Below, in pieces: positions 48,325 through 58,693 of a stretch of 64,000 nucleotides of DNA. Location: assembly GCA_945861645.1 (NCBI GenBank), contig CAMAVZ010000001.1, positions 32,001 to 96,000 of the forward strand. Reading direction: 5' to 3'. Source of the stretch: Opitutus sp. GAS368. GTDB taxonomy: Bacteria > Verrucomicrobiota > Verrucomicrobiia > Opitutales > Opitutaceae. Under the pieces are notes generated by a model. That model saw nothing but the letters and a program-made list of their open reading frames with translations. It was not told the DNA's origin and did not search any database. Position 1 is the stretch's first letter, and the number at the start of each line of letters is the position of its first letter. The translations under genes and the position numbers were made by a program.

Positions 48325-50795
48325 TGAAGCTTGATTTGTCGTCGGTGGATTATCCGCATCGCATCGTCCGCGCTTGGTTGAATTCTACTTCCTCGGGCGT
48401 GATTGCGCTTGATGCCGATTGGCAAGGCGATGCGCTCCCGCTGTTGGCGCCGGGGGAGCCGGCTTTTGCGTTTGCGAATTTGGGGCCAGCGGCGGCGTCA
48501 CTCTATGCCGAAGAGGCGGCGTACTATGTGGATGAGGCGGGGCAATTAGTTTTCGTGCTCGATCCGGCTGATTACAGCTGGATCGATTTTAAAACGATGC
48601 CGGTTTATGTGGCGGGTAGTTTTAATGGCTGGGCCGCCGCGATTGGTCAGCCCGAGTGGCGTTTGCAACTGAGCGGGTTAAATGGTCGGCCCGTTTGGCT
48701 GGGGCGGACCCGCGCTGCGCCCTTGCTCACCGCGCCGCCGCAACAATTTAAATTTATTACCGCGGAAGGGCGTTGGTTAGAGTTGCCGCGTGAGGCGAGC
48801 AATGGAGTTAGTGCGGGTCAGGGATATTTAAATCGGGCAATTTTTCCTCACCGCACGGGGCGCAATTTATTTCAATTTACGACCATTGAGCCGCTGCTAC
48901 TGACGCAGACTTATTCCGTTATTCAGGTGCGCGATGGCCGGCACGCGCCGAAGACTCGGCTGCGCTTGGGGAAGTTCTTCCATGAGCTGAGCAGTCCGCT
49001 ACCGATGGGCGCGCAGGTGCATCAAGCCGAGACGACGTTTCGGCTCTTTGCGCCCCGGGCTAAGTATGTGCGGCTTTTCCTTTGTGAAAAACTAACGGAG
49101 CAGGAGCACGCTTTTGGCTATGAATTAGACCGACGGGATGAGGCCGGCCGTTGGTCCGGAGTGTGGGAAGCGCATCTCGATCGAAATCTGCATGGCTGGT
49201 ATTACTGGTATTCGATCAATGGGCCCCATGATTTTTTTGGTCATTTTCAGCCCAGTCACAAAGTGCTCGATCCCTACGCGCAGGCGGCAGTGGGGCCCGC
49301 CGGTCCGGGGGTAGTGCTCGATCCCGCTTGGGTGGGGCGCGGGGACCGATCGTGGGCTACGCCGCCTTGGCAGGATTTGGTGATCGCCGAGGCGCACGTG
49401 CGTGATCTCGTCGCGCACGCGCCACTCCCGCTGGCGGCGAACGCGCGCTTAGGCTTTGCCGGTCTGACGCAGTGGGTGAATCACCCTGATTTTTATTTAA
49501 AAAAATTGGGCGTGAACGCGGTCGAGTTGCAGCCCATTCATGAGCATGATGCGCGGCACTCGGCCGACTATCATTGGGGTTACATGACTACGAATTTTTT
49601 TGCGCCGGCGAGCGGCTATGGTTTGGTGCCGGGAAGCATTCAGGTCGTCAAAGAATTCCAAGCCCTCGTGGCCGCTTTTCATCGCCAAGGGATCGCGGTG
49701 ATTATCGATGTGGTTTATAATCATGTGGGGGAGCCGCCCCACCTGCAGTTAATCGATAAGCTTTATTATTTTGAACTCGATGATCAGGGGCAACTCACCA
49801 ACAGCAGTGGCTGTGGCAATGATGTCCGCTGTCGCTCGGCGATGGCCACCCGGCTGATCAGCGACAGCCTCATTCATTTAATCGAAGTGTACGGCGTCGA
49901 TGGCTTCCGTTTTGATTTGGCGGAGTTAATCGGGGTGGATGTGTTGCGCACGGTCGAGGCCGCGGTTAAAAAAGTGAAAGCCGATGTTATTCTCATCGCC
50001 GAGCCCTGGAGTTTCCGCGGACACAGCGCGGCCGCTTTGCGTTCCACGGGCTATACCTCATGGAATGACGGCTATCGGGATTTCTTGCGGGCCTATGTGC
50101 ACGGCCGGGGCACGGCGGAGAAAATGGAGTATTTTTTGAAGGGCTCGCCGTGGCATTTTGCTTACTGGCCAGCCCAGACCGTAAATTACACGGAGTCGCA
50201 CGACGATCGGACGTGGGTTGATATGATTACGGAGCGCGGCGATCATAATGGCTTCGATCCCACGCCCGCTGATCGGCAACGCACGCACTTGATGGCGGCG
50301 ATTCTCTTGGCCTCGATCGGAATTCCCTTGCTGGCAGCCGGCCAGGATTTTTTGCGGTCAAAATATGGCGTAACTAATACCTATCAGCGCGGAGATCTGA
50401 ATGCGCTCGATTACCAGCGGTGCACTCGTTTCGCCGCGACGCAGCAGTATTTCGCCGACTGGATTGCTTTTCGGCGTTCGCCCCGCGGACACCTGTTGCG
50501 CCAGTGGTCGCGGCCGAGCGAAGGATTTTTTCAATGCATCGCTCAGCTCGATGGCCCCGCGCTGATGGCCATTTATAATGCGGATGGGAGTCAGGGACCG
50601 GAGCGGATATTATTAGCGCTCAACCCGCATAGGGCGGCCGCTACGATTGCGTTGGGAAAATTTGCCGACTGGAACTGGCGGCCGATCGCTGACCAGGAGA
50701 GCTTTTATGTGGCAGGGCAGGGTCAATTGATGTCGATTTCGGTCGACCTCTGTATACCGGCGCTCGGTTGTAGTTTGTGGGTAACGGAGCGGTAA
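48324..50795 (+). CDS. GH13 pullulanase/glycogen-debranching-like enzyme with CBM48-like modules
   Basis: VYVAGSFNGW..QFKF (CBM), FRLFAP, DPYA, YHWGY, DVVYNH, GFRFDL, AEPW, ESHDD catalytic residues. Confidence 0.9.
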   Translation: MKLDLSSVDYPHRIVRAWLNSTSSGVIALDADWQGDALPLLAPGEPAFAFANLGPAAASLYAEEAAYYVDEAGQLVFVLDPADYSWIDFKTMPVYVAGSFNGWAAAIGQPEWRLQLSGLNGRPVWLGRTRAAPLLTAPPQQFKFITAEGRWLELPREASNGVSAGQGYLNRAIFPHRTGRNLFQFTTIEPLLLTQTYSVIQVRDGRHAPKTRLRLGKFFHELSSPLPMGAQVHQAETTFRLFAPRAKYVRLFLCEKLTEQEHAFGYELDRRDEAGRWSGVWEAHLDRNLHGWYYWYSINGPHDFFGHFQPSHKVLDPYAQAAVGPAGPGVVLDPAWVGRGDRSWATPPWQDLVIAEAHVRDLVAHAPLPLAANARLGFAGLTQWVNHPDFYLKKLGVNAVELQPIHEHDARHSADYHWGYMTTNFFAPASGYGLVPGSIQVVKEFQALVAAFHRQGIAVIIDVVYNHVGEPPHLQLIDKLYYFELDDQGQLTNSSGCGNDVRCRSAMATRLISDSLIHLIEVYGVDGFRFDLAELIGVDVLRTVEAAVKKVKADVILIAEPWSFRGHSAAALRSTGYTSWNDGYRDFLRAYVHGRGTAEKMEYFLKGSPWHFAYWPAQTVNYTESHDDRTWVDMITERGDHNGFDPTPADRQRTHLMAAILLASIGIPLLAAGQDFLRSKYGVTNTYQRGDLNALDYQRCTRFAATQQYFADWIAFRRSPRGHLLRQWSRPSEGFFQCIAQLDGPALMAIYNADGSQGPERILLALNPHRAAATIALGKFADWNWRPIADQESFYVAGQGQLMSISVDLCIPALGCSLWVTER

Positions 50796-50920
50796 CCGGC
50801 ACGGGGGGATGGCTGATTTTTAGGCGGGCCCAGTCGCCTCTCAATATGGCACGCATCTCGCTTGCCAAGCTAGTCGGCCTCCTTTTCATAGCGGCCTCTA
50901 CCCATATTTCTGTCGGCTAG

Positions 50921-51994
<1,074 letters not shown>

Positions 51995-52026
51995 TCCCCC
52001 GCGCGGCTCTCCCCGCTATTATTTCG

Positions 52027-52066
52027 AGCGAGTAGCGAGTAATGCCTAGCTCCTACTCGCTTTTTT
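52027..52066 (+). terminator. Intrinsic terminator between gap and pgk
   Basis: AGCGAGTAG...CTACTCGCT 9-bp stem (extendable by GAG/CTC) followed by a T-run. Confidence 0.75.
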
Positions 52067-52111
52067 ATCAAGGCGCCTATTTGGTATCTTCCGCCCGATT
52101 TTCCCGTCGCC

Positions 52112-53356
52112 ATGTCGAAATTCAAATCTATCCGTGATCTCACTTTGGCTGGTCAACGCGTGCTGCTACGCGTCGATTTTAATGTGCCGCAGGACAAGGT
52201 CACCGGCGTGATCACGCATAACCAGCGGATCGTCGCTGCCTTGCCTACGATCAAATATGCGCTCGCCCAAGGCGCGGCGGTGGTGTTGATGTCGCATCTG
52301 GGTCGGCCTGACGGGCAAAAAATTGCCAAGTTTTCCCTTCGGCCGATTGCGGTTGAGCTCGAGCGGTTGCTTGGTCAGCCGGTGAAATTTTTGGATGACT
52401 GTGTGGGGCCGGCGATTGAGGCGGCTTGCGCGCGCTTAGTGCCCGGCACGGTGGTGTTATTAGAAAATTTGCGTTTCCACCTCGAAGAAGAGGGTAAGGT
52501 GAAGCTGGCGGATGGGACCACGCAGAAAGCTGAGCCGATCGCGGTGGCGGCCTTCCGCGCCTCGCTGACGAAATTGGGCGACGTATTTGTGAACGATGCT
52601 TTTGGCACCGCGCACCGCGCGCACTCGTCGATGGTCGGGGTGGGTTTGCCTGTGAAAGCGGCCGGCTTCCTGATGGAAGCTGAGCTGAAGGCTTTCGCGG
52701 CCGTCCTTGATCAGCCGCAGCGGCCGCTGCTGGCGATTCTCGGCGGAGCTAAAATTGCCGATAAAATTCCGCTGATTCAAAATCTCATTAAAAAAGCCGA
52801 TGAGATCATCATTGGTGGAGGCATGGCTTACACTTTCAAGAAAGTGACGCAGGGGATGGAAATCGGCACGAGTTTGTTCGATGCCGATGGCGCCAAGTTG
52901 GTGCCCGAGCTCGTTGCGCAGGCCGAGGCGCGCGGCGTAAAATTAATTTTCCCCGTGGACTATATTTGCGCTGATAAATTTGATCCGCAAGCCGCCACCC
53001 AGCCGGCGAGCGATGCCACGGGTATTCCGGTGGGTTGGATGGGGCTCGATGGTGGACCCCAGTCGAGTGTGCTCTATCGCGAGGCGATTTTACGGGCTAA
53101 GACCGTGATCTGGAATGGTCCCTCTGGCGTCTTTGAATTTGAGCAATTTGCTGGCTCAACCAAAGCGATGGCGGCGGCCGTGGCCGAAGCGACCGTTCGC
53201 GGGAGCATCACCGTGATTGGCGGCGGTGATACGGCGACCGCGGCGAAGAAATTTAACATCGCCGATCGCGTGACGCACTGTTCCACCGGCGGCGGCGCGA
53301 GCCTCGAATTCCTCGAAGGCCAAGTATTGCCCGGGGTGGCTTTCTTGGAAAATTAA
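52112..53356 (+). CDS. pgk: Phosphoglycerate kinase
   Basis: [58 protein letters not shown]. Confidence 0.99.
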   Translation: MSKFKSIRDLTLAGQRVLLRVDFNVPQDKVTGVITHNQRIVAALPTIKYALAQGAAVVLMSHLGRPDGQKIAKFSLRPIAVELERLLGQPVKFLDDCVGPAIEAACARLVPGTVVLLENLRFHLEEEGKVKLADGTTQKAEPIAVAAFRASLTKLGDVFVNDAFGTAHRAHSSMVGVGLPVKAAGFLMEAELKAFAAVLDQPQRPLLAILGGAKIADKIPLIQNLIKKADEIIIGGGMAYTFKKVTQGMEIGTSLFDADGAKLVPELVAQAEARGVKLIFPVDYICADKFDPQAATQPASDATGIPVGWMGLDGGPQSSVLYREAILRAKTVIWNGPSGVFEFEQFAGSTKAMAAAVAEATVRGSITVIGGGDTATAAKKFNIADRVTHCSTGGGASLEFLEGQVLPGVAFLEN

Positions 53357-53416
53357 ATTGTAGGAATCAATTTATCCCTGACTGTTAAGGACCGATTAAT
53401 TTAAAACTATTTTTAC

Positions 53417-54181
53417 ATGCATCGCAAAAAACTGATCGCGGGAAATTGGAAGATGAACAAGGCAGCGACTGATGGGGTCGCGTTGACCCGTGAGTTGATC
53501 GCGGCGCTCGGCCGTGAAACCGCCGTCGAGGTCGTGCTGTGTCCACCCTTTACCGCCTTGGAAAGTGTGGGTCGGGCGCTTGAGGGGCATGCGCTTAAGC
53601 TCGGGGCGCAAAATATGCATGCGGAGAAGAGTGGCGCTTTTACCGGAGAAATTTCGGCGGAGATGCTGCGGGGTCTTTTTGTGACCTATGTGATTCTCGG
53701 CCATAGTGAGCGCCGCTCTTACAATGCGGAGACTGATGCCAGTATTAATCAGAAAGTTTTGGCGGCGTTGGCCCATCAATTGAAACCTATTTTGTGTGTC
53801 GGGGAGACGCTGGCTGAGCGCGAATCCGGGGCTACCCTGGCCGTCGTGCAACGGCACGTTGAGCGCGGGTTACAGGGCGTGGCGCCGGAGCAAATGGGTG
53901 CCTGCATTATTGCCTACGAACCAGTCTGGGCGATCGGCACGGGCCAAGTGGCCACCACGGCCCAGGCGCAAGAAGTGCACGCTTTCATTCGCGAGCTGCT
54001 AACCAAGCTTTATGGCGCACCGCTGGCACAGAAGGTCCGCATTCTTTACGGTGGTTCGATGAAGCCCGCCAATGCGCCTGAATTATTGGCCGCGCCGGAT
54101 ATTGATGGCGGCCTAATTGGCGGGGCCGCCTTGGAGGCTAAATTATTTATCGAGCTCGTGCGGGCGGCGGCGGCCCGTTGA
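53417..54181 (+). CDS. tpiA: Triosephosphate isomerase
   Basis: AGNWKMN, GAFTGE, GHSERR, AYEPVWAIGTG, YGGS, GG.L.GG. Confidence 0.99.
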   Translation: MHRKKLIAGNWKMNKAATDGVALTRELIAALGRETAVEVVLCPPFTALESVGRALEGHALKLGAQNMHAEKSGAFTGEISAEMLRGLFVTYVILGHSERRSYNAETDASINQKVLAALAHQLKPILCVGETLAERESGATLAVVQRHVERGLQGVAPEQMGACIIAYEPVWAIGTGQVATTAQAQEVHAFIRELLTKLYGAPLAQKVRILYGGSMKPANAPELLAAPDIDGGLIGGAALEAKLFIELVRAAAAR

Positions 54182-54198
54182 GGCCCCGCTCCTCGGGC

Positions 54199-55080
54199 TC
54201 AATGCGAGCGTGTGCCCAAGTGGGTGGCGAGGGCGGCGAGAAAAGTGGTATCCCCTGCTAATTGACTGAGGGCGGCCAGCGCCGCCTTGGTTTGGCGAGC
54301 GGCGTGCTTGGCTGAGGCTTCTAACCCGTGGATTTTTACGTAGGTTGTTTTGTCCGCCTGCGCATCTTTGCCCGCAGTTTTACCGAGCGTTGCCGTGTCG
54401 GCGGTCGCGTCGAGCATGTCGTCGGTGATTTGAAAAGCCAAGCCGAGGTGTCGGCCGATGATCCGCAAGCGAGCGAGTTGCTGATCGTCCGCACCGCCGC
54501 ACCGCCCGCCCACCACCAGCGCCGCGCTGAGCATCGCGCCGGTCTTGCGGTGATGAATGTATTCTAAGTCAGCGGCCGTCACCTTGGCTTTTTTTTCCGC
54601 TAGGAGATCTTCCATTTGGCCACCAATAAGTTGCTCGCTTCCGGCGGCATCGCCGATTTCGCGCGTCAGGGCGGCGCAGAGAGTTGGGGTGGTGGCGTAG
54701 TGGCGGGGGAGAAGTTGAAAGGCCAAGGTGAGCAGTGCATCGCCGGCGAGAAGGGCGGTGGCTTCGTCGAATTGCTTATGGGCGGTGGGGTGGCCGCGCC
54801 GGAGGTCATCATTATCCATGCACGGCAAGTCATCGTGGATCAGCGAATACGTATGGAGGCATTCGAGTGCGATGGCCGCGGGGAGGGCATCGACCGCCGC
54901 GCCGCATGCGTCGGCGGCGGCCAAAACTAAAACGGGGCGGAGTCGTTTGCCGCCGGCCTGCAAGCTGTAGCGCATCGCCGTATGGAGGCGACTGGGCCGC
55001 GTGGTCGCCGTCGGGACTAAGCAATCGAGACCTTGCTCAATGCGTTCACGATAGTGCTTAAGTTGGCCGTGAAAATCCAT
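54199..55080 (-). CDS. ispA: Short-chain polyprenyl (farnesyl/geranylgeranyl) diphosphate synthase
   Basis: GGKRLRP, SLIHDDLPCMDNDDLRRG, GQMED, KTGA, FQITDD.LD, GKD. Confidence 0.92.
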   Translation of the reverse strand: MDFHGQLKHYRERIEQGLDCLVPTATTRPSRLHTAMRYSLQAGGKRLRPVLVLAAADACGAAVDALPAAIALECLHTYSLIHDDLPCMDNDDLRRGHPTAHKQFDEATALLAGDALLTLAFQLLPRHYATTPTLCAALTREIGDAAGSEQLIGGQMEDLLAEKKAKVTAADLEYIHHRKTGAMLSAALVVGGRCGGADDQQLARLRIIGRHLGLAFQITDDMLDATADTATLGKTAGKDAQADKTTYVKIHGLEASAKHAARQTKAALAALSQLAGDTTFLAALATHLGTRSH

Positions 55081-55214
55081 CGGGCGGTCAGAATTTATCC
55101 CTGCAGGGAAGTTGGCAAACGGATTCCACCGCGCTCACCAATGCCGCTGCCCTAGGCCCAAGAAAGGCTCGCCAAGCGCGCGGCGCCTAATCATACCCAT
55201 GGTCAATTTTTCGG

Positions 55215-55478
55215 ATGCCCACCTACGAATACATTTGTTCTAAATGCGGCCATGAAATGGAGGCGTTTCAGTCGATGAACGACCAACCGCTCAAGCTTTG
55301 TCCAGCGTGCAAGCGCCGCGTCCTCAAGCGCCAGATCGGCGGCGGTGCGGGCCTGATTTTTAAAGGCACGGGCTTTTACACTACTGATTATAAGAAAAAA
55401 TCTGGCGATAAAAGCGAGAGTACCTCAGCCGCGCCAGCTACCACCAGTCAACCGGCGGCTTCGGTCGCGAAAAAATAA
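55215..55478 (+). CDS. FmdB-family zinc-ribbon protein
   Basis: MPTYEY.C..CGH..E..Q....CP.C, FKGTGFY.TDY. Confidence 0.9.
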   Translation: MPTYEYICSKCGHEMEAFQSMNDQPLKLCPACKRRVLKRQIGGGAGLIFKGTGFYTTDYKKKSGDKSESTSAAPATTSQPAASVAKK

Positions 55479-55492
55479 CCTCCCTACTACCT

Positions 55493-56311
55493 ATGAGCTT
55501 TAATAAAATTGATGGAGCACTGTATGGTCCGAGCACCCTCGAGGTCGCTCTCGGTGCGGCCTTAGGTCTTGCACTGGGTGCGGTGGTGGCGGCGACTTAT
55601 TTAGTGCTCAAGCCGGTGATCGTAGTAACCCAAATGCCCAAGGAGATGTCTCTGACTTCCGTTTATTATCAACCGGGTTCGGCGAACAAAGCCAAGAGCA
55701 CGGATTGGCCGGCGAAGCAAAATCAATTTATTGCTGGAACGACGGTGCAAGTGACGGAAGATGAATTAAACGCTTGGTCCTTGGCTGGGGGTACGCCGCC
55801 GCGGAACGCGATGGCGAGGTCGATTATCGCACCATCGATAAAATTAGCTGAGAAATCAAAATTTGCTGAGGTACCCGATAAAACTAAGCCTAGCGCGAAG
55901 GCTAAACCAGTGGAGGCGGGCCAAGCTTCAGGGGGACCCCAGCCGGCTACGGCGACCAAGATGGAGTTGCCGGTTACTGATACCTTCCTGACCACAAAGG
56001 TTTCAAATTTTCGTATCGTGGGTGATGCGCTCCAGATTGGCTGGCATTGTACTTTGAATGTATTTGGCCTCACGCGCGAGGTTGCCCTGGTGGCGACGGG
56101 GCATTTTGAGACCTCGGGGGCTCAAGTGAGCTTCGTTCCGGACAAAGTCTTTTTAGGTTCCTGCCCGCTGCATTGGCTGCCCATGGCCTCCAGCCAATTG
56201 CTGGCTTACGTTTTCAAAAATCAAAAGACGCCCGATAATATTCGCCTTGCCTGGGCTAAGTGCACCGCGGTGCAGGTTGTCGATGGTGGATTAAGGTTGA
56301 TCTTGCCTTAA
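55493..56311 (+). CDS. Hypothetical membrane-anchored protein
   Basis: Hydrophobic N-terminal segment, VTEDELNAW, Pro/Ala/Lys linker, beta-rich C-terminal half; co-oriented between fmdB and murJ. Confidence 0.7.
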   Translation: MSFNKIDGALYGPSTLEVALGAALGLALGAVVAATYLVLKPVIVVTQMPKEMSLTSVYYQPGSANKAKSTDWPAKQNQFIAGTTVQVTEDELNAWSLAGGTPPRNAMARSIIAPSIKLAEKSKFAEVPDKTKPSAKAKPVEAGQASGGPQPATATKMELPVTDTFLTTKVSNFRIVGDALQIGWHCTLNVFGLTREVALVATGHFETSGAQVSFVPDKVFLGSCPLHWLPMASSQLLAYVFKNQKTPDNIRLAWAKCTAVQVVDGGLRLILP

Positions 56312-56338
56312 GGCTTCGCGCGTTTTTTTGCCCGCGCT

Positions 56339-57922
56339 GTGTCGAAGCACTTAAAAAACATCAGCGTTATCGCGACAGCTACGGTGGTGTCGCGGGTGTT
56401 GGGCTTAGGGCGAGAAATGATGATTGCGGCGGTGTTCGGTACGAGCGCGCTGAGCTCTGCATTTGTTTCGGCTTTTACCTTACCCAATCTTTTTCGTCGC
56501 TTACTCGGGGAAGGGGCGCTCACGGCGGCGTTTGTGCCGACCTTAAGCCAAGAATTGGAACACTCTCAGCGAGCTGGGGCTTTCACTCTCGTCAGTAAGG
56601 TGACGAGTTGGCTGTTAGTGGTGACGGCGGGCGTGGTGGCCTTGGCGATGCTGGGATTAGCCAATGCCGGTTTATTTTTGCGGCTGCTGGGTCCGCTTGG
56701 GTTGTCCTCGGCGACGGCGCAGCGTTTATTGTTAGGCGCTGATCTCGCGGTTTTTTTATTCCCCTACTTGGTGCTGGTTTGTCTCGCGGCGGCCTTCAGC
56801 GCCGCTTGCCAGGTGCTGGGGCGATTTACTGAGCCCGCGCTCTCCTCCATTTGGTTGAATCTGGCGATCATGGGGGCGCTGGGTTTGGGGGGCTGGTGGG
56901 CTTGGGGCGATGCGGCGCGAATTAATTTACTCTGCGGTGGGGTGCTTGTCGGGGGATTTTTTCAAATGGCGGTGCCCGCTTTAGTTCTTTGGCAAGAGGG
57001 CTGGCGCCCCCGTTTTGATTTGCGGCCGGATGATCGCGTGCGGGCAATTGTGCGGTTGATGGGGCCGACGGTAATTGGCTCCGCCATTTATCTGATCAAT
57101 ATTTCAGTTTCCCGCTTCATCGGGCTGTCCCTCAATGATCAGGCGGCCGCCGTGCTTAATTGGGCAACGCGGGTGATGGAGTTGCCCCTTGGGGTCTTTA
57201 CGGCGGCGATTACGACCGTGATTTTTCCCCTGATTGCCCGCCATGCGGCGCGAGCTGACTGGGATAAATTAGGGGAAGATTATCACAAAGGCCTGCGATT
57301 GGTATTGGTCCTGAACGTGCCGGCGGCAATTGGGCTCGCCTTGTTGAGCCAGCCGATCGTGCGATTATTATTTCAGCGGGGAGCTTTTCAGTCGAGCGAT
57401 ACGGCTTTGATGGCCCCCCTATTGGCGGTGTATGCGCTCGGTTTGCCGTTTTTAGCTTTCACCACCGTGGCGCTGCGGGGCTTTTATGCCTTGCAGGATA
57501 TGGCCACGCCCGTGCGCGCGGCCTTATTAAGTTTTGTGGTTAATTTTATTTTGAGCATCGCGCTCATGGCGTGGCTTTCAACGGTGGGACTGGCATTGGC
57601 CAGCACCTTGGCGGTCGTGGCGCAGGCGTGGTTTTTGCAATCTCGGCTCACGCGCCAGCTGGCCGGGCTGGGGTTTGCGCCCTTGCTGCCTAATTTATTT
57701 AAAATCGCGATTGCCAGTGGCTTGATGGGCGTCGTCGTGTGGGGCGGTCTGCGCGCGCTGGCGGCACTCGCGCTTTCGAGCCAGCGTCACGATTGGCTGG
57801 TGGTGGGCGGTTTAATTCCTGTCGCCGGGCTCGTTTACGGCGCGCTCCTTTGGCTGTTCAAAATCGAAGGTCGGGCTGAGCTCGCGGCGCTGCTGGCCAA
57901 GGTCAGAGCTAAATTTGCGTGA
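56339..57922 (+). CDS. murJ: Lipid II flippase
   Basis: SRVLG..RE, AF..AF.LPNLFRRL.GEGA...AFVP, R.MELPLGVF, RGAF, FYA..D..TP; GTG start. Confidence 0.96.
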   Translation: MSKHLKNISVIATATVVSRVLGLGREMMIAAVFGTSALSSAFVSAFTLPNLFRRLLGEGALTAAFVPTLSQELEHSQRAGAFTLVSKVTSWLLVVTAGVVALAMLGLANAGLFLRLLGPLGLSSATAQRLLLGADLAVFLFPYLVLVCLAAAFSAACQVLGRFTEPALSSIWLNLAIMGALGLGGWWAWGDAARINLLCGGVLVGGFFQMAVPALVLWQEGWRPRFDLRPDDRVRAIVRLMGPTVIGSAIYLINISVSRFIGLSLNDQAAAVLNWATRVMELPLGVFTAAITTVIFPLIARHAARADWDKLGEDYHKGLRLVLVLNVPAAIGLALLSQPIVRLLFQRGAFQSSDTALMAPLLAVYALGLPFLAFTTVALRGFYALQDMATPVRAALLSFVVNFILSIALMAWLSTVGLALASTLAVVAQAWFLQSRLTRQLAGLGFAPLLPNLFKIAIASGLMGVVVWGGLRALAALALSSQRHDWLVVGGLIPVAGLVYGALLWLFKIEGRAELAALLAKVRAKFA

Positions 57923-57982
57923 GGGGCCGTGCTGGTTAAGCTTGGCCAGAAAATTAAACCTGCCGTCGGTCTATTTTAAATT

Positions 57983-58264
57983 ATGCCTATGCCTGAAATT
58001 CTGCACCATGTCGCGGCGCACCGCTACGCAGTAACCGTTGATGGTCACTGGGCGGTTTGTGACTACCTGCTTACGGACGGGCGGATGATCTTCACGCATA
58101 CGCTGGTTCCACCTGAATTGCGGGGGCAGGGTCGGGCGGAGCAACTCGTGCGTCGGGGATTGGCTGATGCCCGTGCGGCTGGTCGCCAAGTCGTGCCCGC
58201 TTGCTCTTACGTGGCAAAATTTATCAAAAGGAATGCGGAATTTCAGGATCTCCTAGCCGGCTAG
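57983..58264 (+). CDS. GNAT-like acetyltransferase (YjdJ type)
   Basis: FTHT.VP..LRGQG.A..LV...L..AR.....VVP.CSYV. Confidence 0.88.
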   Translation: MPMPEILHHVAAHRYAVTVDGHWAVCDYLLTDGRMIFTHTLVPPELRGQGRAEQLVRRGLADARAAGRQVVPACSYVAKFIKRNAEFQDLLAG

Positions 58265-58330
58265 GATGGAACATATTGTCTCCCGGCAGTTGGTTGTGCG
58301 GTCAAGCGGTGCACGGTTTTGAGTGGGCAC

Positions 58331-58360
58331 AAAAAAACCCGCAGCCATGAGCCGCGGGTT
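58331..58360 (-). terminator. Rho-independent terminator after rpmB
   Basis: On the minus strand, AACCCGCGGC-TCAT-GGCTGCGGGTT followed by TTTTT. Confidence 0.8.
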
Positions 58361-58376
58361 GAAGAGGTGAAGGAGC

Positions 58377-58607
58377 TTAGGCCTTCTGCACGAGTCCGGC
58401 CTTGATGGCCTTGACTGAGACCCACATGCGTTTGGTGCCACCGTTGGGCAGCTTGATCTTGATCCACTGCAGATTGGGGCGAAACAGCCGCGTCGTCAGG
58501 CTGGTGACGTGCGTGCCGATGCCTCCGCTCTTCTTGGATTGGCCTTTACGGTTAATAATTCTGCCCTTGGTGGGGCGTCTGCCGGTGATTGCGCAAATTC
58601 GTGCCAT
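58377..58607 (-). CDS. rpmB: 50S ribosomal protein bL28
   Basis: MARICAITG, GG.G...T..T.R.F.PNLQ, V....IK.G. Confidence 0.95.
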   Translation of the reverse strand: MARICAITGRRPTKGRIINRKGQSKKSGGIGTHVTSLTTRLFRPNLQWIKIKLPNGGTKRMWVSVKAIKAGLVQKA

Positions 58608-58693
58608 GGTGTTGCTTGAGTTAAAGGGTCGGAAGTAAAGGATCGTCCGACCGCTTAGCAAGGGCAATTTTGGTTTTCGGCCCTGGCGCAGCT

